Part shown: one piece after another, positions 40,687 to 53,300 of the stretch | Position numbering within the stretch: position 1 is the stretch's first letter | How the letters are laid out: each line of letters starts with the position of its first letter | DNA from: Octopus sinensis | Taxonomy: Eukaryota | Length of the DNA: 64,000 bases | NCBI RefSeq assembly: GCF_006345805.1 | Contig: NC_043003.1 | Coordinates: forward strand, 35,216,001 to 35,280,000 | Reading direction: 5' to 3' | Notes under the pieces: generated by a model | Databases searched by the model: none | What the model was told of the DNA's origin: nothing | What the model saw: only the letters and a program-made list of their open reading frames with translations | Position numbers and translations under genes: made by a program

Positions 40687-41739
40687 TGTGTGTGTGTGTG
40701 TGAGTGCATGCGTCCAGTATAAGGGAACTAACCATATCTTATTGGTAGAATATATGTTATATTTAGAGTAAATTATGTTATGTTTTATGTGCCTTCAGCT
40801 CCAATTCTTTATTGATAATCGATTATGTATCGTACATATGCATTAAAACGAAATAACAAAATTTAAAGTGGGGTTTAATGAACCCCAGTAAAAGCATTGT
40901 ATTCAATATCAAACCTTGTAATAATGTCTAACTTCAAGGGAACAATACACACTGGACTGAAATCACGCTCGTGAAACCATACATAAATCCGAAAACATTC
41001 ACCATTATTTGCTATGGAAATAAGGGTCAGTATAGAAATGTTCATTTTTAATATTATCTTCTTTCCATATGGGACTTTGCCATTTAATTCTTTGCCACTT
41101 GGGACATAATAATTCATTTTGAATTCAACGAAATATTTGTCAATCCTAGTTCTGAGTGGTTCGCTGTATTAGAAAAGGATATAAAAGGATATTAAATTAT
41201 ATACTGTAAGTTACTGCCTCTGACAATCCTGTGACGATGTATATGTATACTTTGTGTTTACGTTGTTATATAATTCTCTCTTGTTATATAATTCTCTCTA
41301 TAAAATCCTCATGAGGCATTGCACCTATGAATCACAGTCGTTCTGTTCCTTCGTGGAAATAAAATGAATGAATAGAATGTATTAAGAAATGAAAAAGTAA
41401 CTACCTAAATGCACCCGTAAGCAAATGAGTGGGGTAAAAACGAAAGTAAGAAACGAATTAAACAATGTAAAAATGATGCGATTGATTGTATGTATAACAA
41501 ATTATTTAACTTTTAAACATTTTGTAAATATTAAATAAAGGAAATCATGCAAACACACTGAAGCACTCTATTTGAGCGTACATACATTTACATACAGTCA
41601 TGTATATATGTGTGCGCGCACACACACACACACTCATTTGTATGTGTGTAGATATGTGTGTTTGAGTGTGTACGTGTATATATGATACATATGCCAATTC
41701 CAATAAACAAACAAAAAAAAAACAGAGGAAAAATTGAAA

Positions 41740-41920
41740 AAAAACGAACGTGAGGATGCGCGCAAAAAATATATTAATTTGACACTCTGTGAAGGAAGAA
41801 AATTGCTGTTAACGTTTCGAACATAGCTCTTTGTCGCAAACAGGAAAGACTAAAGAGAAAGAAGGAATCACAACAGTCAAAGTGCTGTTACATGTCTGAA
41901 GTCACCGGAAGTGGAAAGAG
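41740..41920 (-). mobile_element. Penelope-like terminal repeat fragment with degenerate hammerhead (41805-41845)
   Basis: Homologous to 20985-21120. Minus strand CUGUUU GCGACAA AGAGC-UAU-GUUC GAAA CGUU AACAG; the core is mutated. Confidence 0.55.
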
Positions 41921-41987
41921 ATAAAGAAAGGAGTTTCTGGGGCAGGAGAGTGTGAAGGTGGTCGGTAGAAGAGTGTGAAGATGGCCG

Positions 41988-42030
<43 letters not shown>

Positions 42031-43974
42031 CGTGCGTGTATGAATTTACATGTGTGCCTAGACCGAGTGGACATCAGTGAGCGAAGTCTGAAAGGTGTGC
42101 GAATGGGTGGGTGTGGCTGTGTTAGTGTGGGATGGGGTGTATGCAGGTATGTGTGCGTAGAGGGAGTGGGAATGTGTGTGTGTGTCTGTGTGTGCAAATG
42201 TCTATAGGTGCGTATGTGTGTGTGACGTTGTCTTTCTCTATACACACACGCACACTTGAAACACGACACACGCTCACACATATATCAGGAAAGTCACCGC
42301 CGAAGAGTCTCTTCATCATGTGCCTGCTTGATCGGAACTTGTTTAGAGCAAAGCAAAATGAACGAACAGTAATTACTTTATCAATCAAGGTATAGCATGA
42401 CATTTAGACAAAAGCAGTGGGACTCTAATCATAAAGGATGCGACTTGCTATATCCTATTTAGTTCCACATTTACTCCTTCATTGCTGAAAGAATAGATAG
42501 AATTGGCATAAGCCTACGCTTGTTTTCTAGAAATAGTATCAAGTGAATCGAACTTATCAACGACGCAGGAATGAAGTGTAAAGCTGAATTTCATTGTATT
42601 TGAAGTAAGAACTATATTTTTAGGGAGGCAACTAAATACATTAATATTTTCGTTCTTTCGTTCTGCGATTTTACCATTATCCAAGCTTCTTTAGCAACAG
42701 AGCAGCAAAACAAACTGATAATAAACAAACCGTATTCACACGAAATACACATACCATCATACCCCCCCCCCAAAAAAAAAAAAAAACCTACGTATACACT
42801 CAATCACACACAAACACGCTCATAGGGTTACAAACTATCTCAAGACACGAAACATCTAAAGAGTGATAAAAATTAAAAAGAAGATAATTCCGTGAAACAC
42901 TGCATGTATTAGTGGAAGTTTTCCAGCCAGGCTCCAAACAGTAATAGTTTAACATTGTCTACACATTTAATACCCTTCGGACAAGGACTGAATGTCATGC
43001 AGTTTCTTTCTGTTTTGATAAATATGTGTCTGTGTGCTTTTGTAAGAAATCAATACTACCACAGTTATTAGCTATTAACTTAAATCAATCGTAGAATGAC
43101 CAGTAGTAATGATGTATCTTGTAGACAACACATAATAACATCCACACTTTTATACTAACTGCCGATTTTATTTTCCTGAACTAATTGTAGTGTTAAGGTA
43201 TTCTTTAAGATGGTTTCTAGCGTGTAATTCAAAACAAGTAAATAGCAACTGTGTGCGCTTTGTGTGTGTATGTGTGTATGTCTCTATGTGTGTCTGTATG
43301 TGTTTGTATGTGTGTATGTGTGTTTGTTTGTATGTGAGTGTGTGTATCTGAGTGTCTCTAGGCGCACGCAGATTATTTTCCTCCTACAGTACATTATTTT
43401 TAGTAACGGTGGAATGTACGTAGCAAGAAATTTGATTGTCAAATACGTTGAAATAAGTTTAAAGAATACCTATGATGCTTCATCGATGAACTTTCACAGC
43501 ATTTGTAATCAGTTCCTTGGGATTTAGATCCGAAATTAAGGCTACTGGAAACCTTTAGACATCTGGTATTAGATCAGGTGAATAAATATCTTTCTATTGA
43601 TTTCTGCACAGCCATACTACTTTCTGCAGAGGTAAAATATTCAACTATACTACCCAATCTCTTTCCAGTGGAAAGTCTTATCAATGTGTTTGTTTATAGA
43701 TAGATGAACTATAGTAGCAAAATTTAAGCGATCTCACTACAAACATTCGCACATAGACTTGTGTCCCCAGTTTCTGCCCCCACCCCATTTTTTTACAGCA
43801 TCTATAAATGTCTCTCCTCTGTAAAAGTGAGAGAACTTGTGTAGCCTCCATTCAGAGAACTGAATCACTCAACTTTTCCCTCTCACAAACCATATTGTGT
43901 GTGTCTACCGAAGCCCAATCCATCTTTTCTATGTTAGATCTCTAAGATTCCCTTCCTCTTCATGTCGCACTTAC

Positions 43975-44074
43975 AAGAGTCGACTTGCAGTAATTTAAGC
44001 AGAACGTTAACGGTATCAGTCTCATTGGTCTCGGAGGAACTGTGAAAGCCATGGGCATTGCTCCTTCCTCCAGA
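43975..44074 (-). CDS. Candidate exon A (100 nt) of minus-strand gene, TRPC-like C-terminal region (tentative)
   Basis: Long polypyrimidine acceptor ..ttttctttttgcttgttaag| and perfect donor |gtaagt. The frame LEEGAMPMAFTVPPRPMRLIPLTFCLNYCKSTL joins exon B in phase 0 and resembles the TRPC post-TRP-box motif EEGxTLPxPFNxIPSPK. Confidence 0.6.
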
Positions 44075-44778
44075 CTTAACAAGCAAAAAGAAAAAAAAAA
44101 GAAAAAAGAAAGAATGAATACACATTTGTGCGTTGAACGGCCAAACTATGACTCAGCTTGCCATAACCCTTAGATTAAAGTTGAATCATTATTTTTATTC
44201 GTTACCGCTTGCTTCAAATAACAGAGCGCTAACGAAAGTTAAAACACGAAAAACAAAGCAAACAAAAAAGGGAAAACATCAATCGAACACTTTCCTTTTC
44301 TGGTAGACAAATCGAACAGCTTGATAACTAGACTGAAAAGGAAGGTGGGGGATAAAGCAGCAACAACAACAACAACCACGCTCTCATAGCCATTTAATTG
44401 GTGGTTGAAACAAGCTGAATCAATATGTTGCCTGCTGCCAGTGATCTCTCATCATTGTTAATGTACTGAGTATGTCGCAAAGGGATTAAATTTTCTTTCG
44501 ATGTCCTATTCTATCTAGCTGTAAACATGGAACATAAGAAGTAACACTTCATCTAAGTATGAAGTTTCAATACAACGAAAGATATCTTTGTTAATGCAGC
44601 ATTGCTGAGCTCAAATCTTCATATGGATTTTGCTAGGTAAAGATAACTTTCACCAGACTAATGTACTTTATGAATGTATGCATGTATTGAAGCATGTACG
44701 TACGTATGTGTGTGTGCATGTATGTATTATGTATGCATGTATGTATGTATGTATTATGTATGTATGTATGTATGTATG

Positions 44779-44837
<59 letters not shown>

Positions 44838-45045
44838 GTGTGTGTATGTATGTATGATGTGTGTGTATGTATGTATGTATGTATGCATGCACGCATACAC
44901 AAATATTAAAGAAAATAATATTAATAAATCAAGAGTGTATGTTATATGGTATGTGATATAGCCTATATCTGTCTATCTCTGTCCAAATCGCAATTTCCGC
45001 GCTCTGAGTTATTTTTCTTAACTCTATTATTATTATTATTATTAT

Positions 45046-45120
45046 AAACACTCGGTTCGATGTAATCGACTATGCCCCTGCCCCAAATTTCAGGCCATGT
45101 GCCTATAATAGAAAAGAAGT
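45046..45120 (+). mobile_element. SINE family B 3' fragment followed by (CAT)17(TAT)n
   Basis: tcgatgtaatcgactatgcccctgccccaaatttcaggcc; nearly identical to 58276-58350. Confidence 0.85.
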
Positions 45121-45231
<111 letters not shown>

Positions 45232-45258
45232 GTTGTTGTTGTTGTTGTTATTATTATT

Positions 45259-46141
45259 CAGTTGTCTTATTTGTATCACGTGCTTTCACTGCACTACCGA
45301 GTGTGCAGTTTGTATGCTTCGGGTATGTGCTGTGATGCTCTTATTATTGCTGCATTGAAAGTGTTATACGTAGGATGTGTGCTGTGCCTTGTAGTGCTAT
45401 TTTCTGTATGTTATATATACTTATTAGTCCTGGAGTTTATGTTATGTATTTGTTCGAATATTTTTTTATCATACCTAATGCACCTACTACGATAGAAATT
45501 GTTTCTGTTTTTAGACTCCACATTCGAGTTACCTCTATTTCCAGGTCTTTGTATTTTGAAAGTTTCTCCATTTCTTTTAGAGAAACGTTGTCACTTGTTG
45601 GTATTGATACATCACTTAGAAAGCATTTTTCCCTTATGATCTCTGACAAATATATCCGGTATTTTGCCCTTAATTTTTCTATCTGTGCGTATTGGCATAT
45701 CCCATAGTATGGTTGCCTTCTCATTTTCTGTGAACTTTTCTGGTGTATGCCTATAATGTCTTTTTTTCTTTGTTTCCAGTGTATATAGATCCCAAGATTG
45801 TCGCGTCTGTGAATACCTTTCTTCTTAGCCAGGAGTGGGCAGCCAGAGACAATATGTTTCCAAAGGTGAATTATTCAAACCCCAAAGAATTCCTCTCAAC
45901 ATATGGCATGATGCTCCCCAACTATTTCTGCTCGTGATCAGAGATGCAGATATCGTCAGCCACAAAGGAACATACTCAAATGTTTATAGTCAAGCAACTG
46001 ACATGCAAATCTGTGGTATTGAGCAGAATATTTCCGATAGTCCATCTTTATACCAAGACAAAATAATGTACATGATAACACTTCCAATAAGTTAAGATAA
46101 GAAGCCACGAGAGCCAAATACCTGGTACTGCATCAGGGCAT
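45259..46141 (-). mobile_element. R4/Dong-clade element, apparently internally deleted, flanked by (TTA)n on both sides
   Basis: Minus translation from 45856: HIVSGCPLLAKK..IHWK..RHTPEKFTENEKATILWDMPIRTDRKIK..PDI..DVSIPTSDNVSLKEMEKLSKYKDLEIEVTRMW..VVGALG..IQKIALQGTAHILR, stop near 45348. A non-coding ~285 bp segment continues to the (TTA)n at 46142. Confidence 0.85.
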
Positions 46142-48375
46142 TTATTATTATTGTTGATGTTGCTTTTGTTGTTATTTATAAATCACATTGACTGTATATG
46201 TGTTCTACACTATTTTGTGTAGGTCCTCTGGCTACTGGAAATTAGATTGCACGATCGTCATGCTCATGGTACCACCATGAACTGATGCCCTTGCAATTAA
46301 ACTTTGATTATACTGTAAGTGGAGTTGGATATTTCTAAATTTTCAGTAACTGTGAATCGACTGGATAATAGCTCAAAAGCTATATTCCATCCATCAATTT
46401 TTATATTCTTTCAAAGAGTTGAAGTTATCATGGATCGAATTGTCATATGTTCTTTTTTAATGGCATCTATTCTCCTGACTCTGATGTGGGGTAGGAATGG
46501 CATCAGAAATTATGGTGTAATTAAACAAAAAAAAAGTAACGAACCCAACTACGGTTACACTATTCAAGGCACTTAAATTTGCATCGATAAAACACAAAAC
46601 AAAATTAAAAAATAGAGTCTAAACATGCATATAAGTACTACTGAGAGTATTTAGCCAATAACATTTACAAATTCAATAAAACATGATATATTAGGGTTAC
46701 TTACGCCTCTGTCCAAATCTTTAGTTTGCTAGTTTGTTTATACTCACACACAAATATGCCTTTATTCTATTTATATTTATTTTATTCAACGGTTTCATAA
46801 ATTTATTTTGTATAACTTCTGTCTTTAAGCTTGGAAAATGTGTTTTATTATGTATATGACTATTTATTCTCCACCTTCTTTTATATTTGAATTTCTGGAT
46901 GTTGACCTTAACTCCAGTCTGTCACACTATAAAGAGTCCCTTCCCCACAATAAAGAATTGCATACAATATATCCTTTACTCACAGCTAGGTGGATTCGAA
47001 TATTGAGAGACTATTATAATTTCCATTAACTCAACGAAGTGCCTATTTACAGAACATCCGAATCGTTTATCTCTCGCCTGTCTGATCAGACAAACTCCCC
47101 ACTGCATGCTGCCTTTTAATTTTTAATCAACTGGAATTTCGGAGTTGATTTACTTGCCGATGACAAGAGTTATAATTAATGCTAATATTCTTTTATTTAT
47201 TTATTTATTTTTTTATTTTTTTATTTTTTTATTTTTATTCATTTTGATTACGGGTATAATTTTAATTCATTAAACATATTTTGTGCTCTCTAGAATTTTG
47301 TAAGCGATGAAACGTACTGGTTAATGGTTCCTTTGTCTCTCCTGTCCTGTGATTAGAATAAAAAGCACTTATAAATTTTATTGGGACAGAGTGAATTCGT
47401 CTCTCCATGAGCTGATATAGTTTCATAAAATGGTAATTTTTCTCTCGGTATATTATTTATTAGACCTCAAAGAATTGCATAACTGCAGACTATAGTGTGA
47501 TTCATTGCACACTGTGCATGTGCTTTATCATAGAAAATTTTACCTAGTTGAATTCCCCACGTCATGCATTAACGCATTGTCGCAGTGATCTTGCACTTAG
47601 TTCATCATGCGAAAGGAATATGTGGCTAAATTTCATCAAGCGTTGTTAATTTGCCTAATTAATGAATACCTTTTCTTTGAATTCCTGGTTATACTCAGGA
47701 ATATTCTAAAGTTATAACAAGATTTTCTTCAGAGATATAATGAAATGATGAGACCAGATTTGTCACCAAATAAAAAAAGAAAGACCTAAAGGGTTCAGGA
47801 AATGATATTTAAAATTGAATAACTTAAAGAACATCACTAATGAAGGCGGTTCTTTGTACAGGACTAGCTAATGTGTGTTAGTGTCGAAAAATCTTTAACA
47901 TCTCTCGATCTAGAGGCTAACACATTTCAGTTAGTTAAGTACATATTACTCAGCATAAGCTCAGACGAATACGTCTTTCACACAGGTATGCAGCAGGAGA
48001 ACAATATTACTTTACAAGTGTGCTCGTCGACTCATGGATAGCAGTATTAGCGAATTATATTACAATAGTAGAACCGTTAACTTGATACATTTCAATGGAG
48101 TGAAACACGTTAACATTGAAACTTCAACTGATATGAATTCTCAAGACGGTCAGAATTAAAGTATATATATATATAAGTCATATAAAAGAAGGCAAATAGT
48201 TTTTTATATTACTGTTCATTTCAAAAATGAAATCTAGGGTATGAAGAGTTCACATTCATGCACAAAAGATTTACATACATCTATGCATATATGCATGTAT
48301 ATGTTTACATGTATCACGCACATAAAACTGGGACACACCTATATGTATACATACATACATACATACATAAATACG

Positions 48376-48423
<48 letters not shown>

Positions 48424-48585
48424 TTTTTTTCGTTTACATTCGACTGAAGGATTATTGAATACGTTTTCTAGAGTACATTATATATATTTATATAAATTTA
48501 GCAAGAAGAGTGGAGAACTTGACTTTGGCCTGCTATCCTTTATGAATCTGTTACCACCCATGTTAAAATATTTTATTATGATTAT

Positions 48586-48978
48586 ACAGGAGTGACTGTG
48601 AGGTAAGTAGCTTGCTTACCAGCCACATGGTACCGGGTTCAGTTCCACTGCGGAGCACCTTGGGTATGTGTCTTCTACTGTGCCCTCAGGCCGACCAAAA
48701 CCTTGTGAGTGGATTAGTTAGACGGAAACTGAAAGAATCCTGTCATATATATATATATATATATATATGAGTGTGTGTGTGTGTCTGTGTGTATACGTTT
48801 ATGTGTCTATATTTGTCCCCCCAACATCGCTTGATAACCGACGTTGGTGCCTCTACGTCCCCGTAACCTAGCGGTTCGGCAAAAGACCCTGTAGAATAAG
48901 TACTTGGTTTACAAAGAATAAGTCCTGGGATCGATTTACGCGACTTTCAAATGACTTGAACAGGTAAAAAAATAAAAG
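48586..48978 (+). mobile_element. SINE family A copy (tail partly deleted)
   Basis: caggagtgactgtgaggtaagtagcttgcttaccagccacatgg..., internal (TA)n(TG)n, ttagcggttcggcaaaaga-type segment. Confidence 0.88.
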
Positions 48979-48994
48979 GATAAAAAATATATAA

Positions 48995-49027
<33 letters not shown>

Positions 49028-50163
49028 TACACACACACGCGCACAAACACACAGACACATACACACAGAGACACACACACACACAGACACAAACACACAA
49101 CACACACACACAACACACACACACACACACAACACACACATTACACACATATATATATATATATGTACATGTGTGTGTGTGAGTTTGTGTATAAATACAT
49201 GAGAACGTAGCTGAATCAGAGCTACACACCTAAGTGCAAGTTATCTACTGGGCTGACAGTTTCTGTATTGTTTGACATTCTTTCAATTGTCTGTCTGTCT
49301 GTTTCTTTCCCTCCGTTTATTATTTACCCTCCTCTCGATCAATCTCTCACTGGGTGTGTTCCTCTCTACATATACTGTATATTTTTGTAAATACATATGT
49401 GTGTATATATATATATATAATATATATATATATATTATATATATATGTGGTGTGTGTGTGTGTGTGTGTGTGGTGTGTGTGTGTTGTGTGTGTGTGTGGT
49501 GTGTGTGTGTGCGTGTATTTACACAAATATATGTAATACATATATATATATATGAATCTGTATATATTTATAGATGCTTACATGTTTGTTTCTGTGTGTG
49601 TTTATATGTGTTAGAGTATGTGTACGTGTGTAAAAGCCAGGTAAAGTATGTAAAGGAAATAAAGATCTAGTAGGGTCTCAAGACCAGTCTGTTCCATTGG
49701 ATCAGTTCTGAGGGATAAAATATGCTGAAAAACATATATACAGGGTACACGTAAAGCAATACAAACACACAGGTATACCCACAGCAGTGTAGAAGTATAT
49801 GTGTAGGAGTGTGTTGCAGTGCGATGGTGCATAAGTGAGTGTTTGAATGAGTGTGTAGGTGTGTCTTTTTGCACGCAAGTGTGTGTGTGGGTGTAGGGAA
49901 AGCGTATGTGTTTGTGTGTGCATATGTGTGCCTGTGTGTATGAGTGATTGTGTGTGTGTTTTTGTTTGTCTTTGTTTGTGTATTCGTGTAGCGTACTGCT
50001 GGAGATAGCGAGGAAAAAAAGGCAGATAGTTAATTAATTAAACTTTAATAAGTGAATGAAAGGCTTACTATATACAGAAAATAGCATAACGTATTAAAGT
50101 AATATAATATACACTGACTTGGTTGTATGAAGCTGCATATATATATGTATATATTATGTATAT

Positions 50164-50218
<55 letters not shown>

Positions 50219-50305
50219 ATATAATATATATACATAGATATATATATATATATGCATATATATGCATATATATGCATACATATGTATATATATGTGCATA
50301 TATGT

Positions 50306-50348
<43 letters not shown>

Positions 50349-50815
50349 TATACATACACACATATATATATATACATACATACACACATACACACACATA
50401 TATATACATACATACACACACACACATATATATTTATATAACAATATCTCCGATATGGGTATACGCATACTAAGATTATATCCATTTATACATAGATTAT
50501 ACAAGACACATACTTTCATTCACACACACACACACTCGAACACAAATACACGCATACATGCATACACATTAGGGCAACGGAGCAAGTTTATATAGAATAT
50601 CATATCTGTGCGTGAGCTTGTGTGTGATTGTGAGTGTGTGCGTGATTTTGCGTGAGTGTGCGTGATTGTGTGTGTGTGTGTGTATGAGCCCGTACTTGTG
50701 AATATTTGTATTTGTGTGTATGTATGGATAATATATAATATATATATATATTATATATTATATAATAATATATATATATATATATAAATATATATATTAT
50801 ATATGTATATAAATT

Positions 50816-51177
50816 GGCGCTCCGTCGTTTACGATGACGAGGGTTCCGTTGATCCGATCAACAGAACAGCCTGCTCGTGAAATTAACATGCAAGTGGTTG
50901 AGCAACTGGATGAGCCCGCCACAGACACGTGTACCCTTAACGTAGTTCTCGGGGAGATTCACCATGACAAACAGTGTGACAAGGGTGGCCTTTTGAAATA
51001 CAGGTACAACAGAAACAGGTAGAAAGAGTGAGAGAATGTTGTGGTGAAAGAGTACACCAGGGTAGCCACCACGCACTGCCGGGGATCGTGGAGCTTTAGG
51101 TGTTTTAACAGTCACAACATCCGGTCTGGGAATTGAAACCGCGATCCTATGACGGCGAGTCTGCTGCCCTAACAACT
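50816..51177 (-). mobile_element. SINE family C copy with tRNA-like head
   Basis: Minus-strand head tagttgttagggcagcagactcgccgtcataggatcgcggtttcaattcccagacc (A/B boxes); the tail is shared with 21611-21950. Confidence 0.82.
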
Positions 51178-51246
51178 ATATATACATATAAGCACATATA
51201 TATAGACATATACATCCATATACGTATATATATATAATATATATAG

Positions 51247-51383
<137 letters not shown>

Positions 51384-51590
51384 TATATATATACGCATAT
51401 GGATCAATATGTATATATATACACACATATATATATTCAGAGAGAGAGGGAGTGAGGTTGAAGGGAGTGGTAGTGACAGAAAGTGTATATTTGAATATTT
51501 ACATACGCACACCCATATGTATCTATATGGGAATAATTCATCAGCCGCCACGATTATTTCATGTATATACATATATAAATATATACATAC

Positions 51591-51671
<81 letters not shown>

Positions 51672-51730
51672 GTATATATATAATATAATATAATACACAC
51701 ACACACACCACACACATATATATCTATTAC

Positions 51731-51793
<63 letters not shown>

Positions 51794-51858
51794 CATATGT
51801 ATTTACAAAAAAAAAAAATATATATATAAATATATACATATATTTATTTATTCTCTCA

Positions 51859-52090
51859 CAGAGCCTAAGGATCTTGCGGCAGAAAGTAGATGTAGGCGTT
51901 TTTAGATCAAAGCGGGACCTCTTCCTGTCAGGAGTCCCAGATGATCCTACATCACGGAAGAGGTGCAAATGAGGGTAGCTATTGAAACTCCTTTCTTCAC
52001 TAAGTGCCAGATATGGAGGAGGCTCTCAGTAAAATACATTGTAGCAAACGGCGGTGCATCAGCATGGCTGCAGCTCTGAGTTGAAACACA
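51859..52090 (+). mobile_element. 3' end of a CR1/L2-group LINE whose tail resembles the SINE A tail
   Basis: [32 protein letters not shown] (FKxxLDxFLxxVPDEP-type C-terminus), then ggcggtgcatcagcatggctgcagctctgagttgaaac. Confidence 0.65.
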
Positions 52091-52101
52091 GAATTATATA
52101 T

Positions 52102-52147
<46 letters not shown>

Positions 52148-52203
52148 AATATGTCATGCTGTATACAGATCACACATATATATGGAGTATATCATATAGC
52201 TGT

Positions 52204-52260
52204 CTCTGTGCTAACTTTTGGCCAATATTGTAGTATGATATATAAAGCATGTCCAAATAC

Positions 52261-52293
<33 letters not shown>

Positions 52294-52579
52294 GATATAT
52301 ATATGTGTGTGTGTATGCGTGTGTATGTGTGTGTGTGTATAATATATAATATATTATATCATATCAATATTAATATATACATATATTTGTATAAACATAC
52401 TCATATATATTAATATATATATATATATGTATGTATATATGAATATTAATATAATATAATATATTATATGTTATACACACACACAGACACATACATAATA
52501 TGTATACATGCCCACACATACATATTTGAGACATGCTTTATATATCATACTACAATATGGGCCAAAAGTTAGCACAGAG
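52204..52579. repeat. Inverted repeat pair (~65 bp arms, 52204-52268 and 52514-52579) around a microsatellite spacer
   Basis: ctctgtgctaacttttggccaatattgtagtatgatatataaagcatgtc versus gacatgctttatatatcatactacaatatgggccaaaagttagcacagag. Confidence 0.9.
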
Positions 52580-52794
52580 GCGGCTTGGCAAAGATGGAGA
52601 GAAATGAATTGCCTGAAGGTGTTCAAATCTTTGTAATTTCCTGTTGACAACTGACGAAGGGATTGTCCCGCAGTTCCATTTGTATGTAAAATAATTATGG
52701 AAAATATAACTACATCTTCATATACATACAAGTACATAATATAACACACATGCACACATTCATACACACACACATACAACACATCCTATACAGA

Positions 52795-52894
52795 NNNNNN
52801 NNNNNNNNNNNNNNNNNNNNNNNNNNNNNNNNNNNNNNNNNNNNNNNNNNNNNNNNNNNNNNNNNNNNNNNNNNNNNNNNNNNNNNNNNNNNNN
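52795..52894. other. Assembly gap (100 N)
   Basis: Run of exactly 100 N, typical of a scaffolding placeholder of unknown true size. Confidence 0.98.
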
Positions 52895-53262
52895 GCCTAG
52901 AGCACCGGACACCATTATACCTTTTAGCATTTGGTTACGTCCCTTTAAAGTTTTAAAACTCAAATTAGCCTGAGTTGATTTTTATGTTTGGACCTTCAGG
53001 TGTTTATGAAAACAAAACTAAAAAAAAACAACAACTTGTCATTTCTTCTTGTCAGTTCAATCAAGGGCACCTATTCCAACTTTTTTAACCTTTACCTATG
53101 AGACAAAATATGTATGTTTTTTTTTTTAAGTTAACGCAATTAATTAAAAGAAAATTATTAAATATTATAGACTTAGAAGTAATGTTATAAAATATAATTT
53201 AAGCTGAAATATATCTTTATATTAATTTTTCACAAATAACCAAATTGTTCTTCATATTATTG

Positions 53263-53300
<38 letters not shown>

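Noticed and set aside
43975-44074. Alternative frame of exon A (..TVNVLLKLLQVDS-Y?) resembling a Cys-loop receptor N-terminal helix
   Set aside because: No downstream phase-1 exon giving YDxRxRP was found, whereas the other frame joins exons B and C cleanly.
47725-47770. FLQRYNEMMRP resembling a nicotinic-type receptor N-terminus
   Set aside because: The frame closes with several stops soon after, and there are no splice signals or further Cys-loop motifs.
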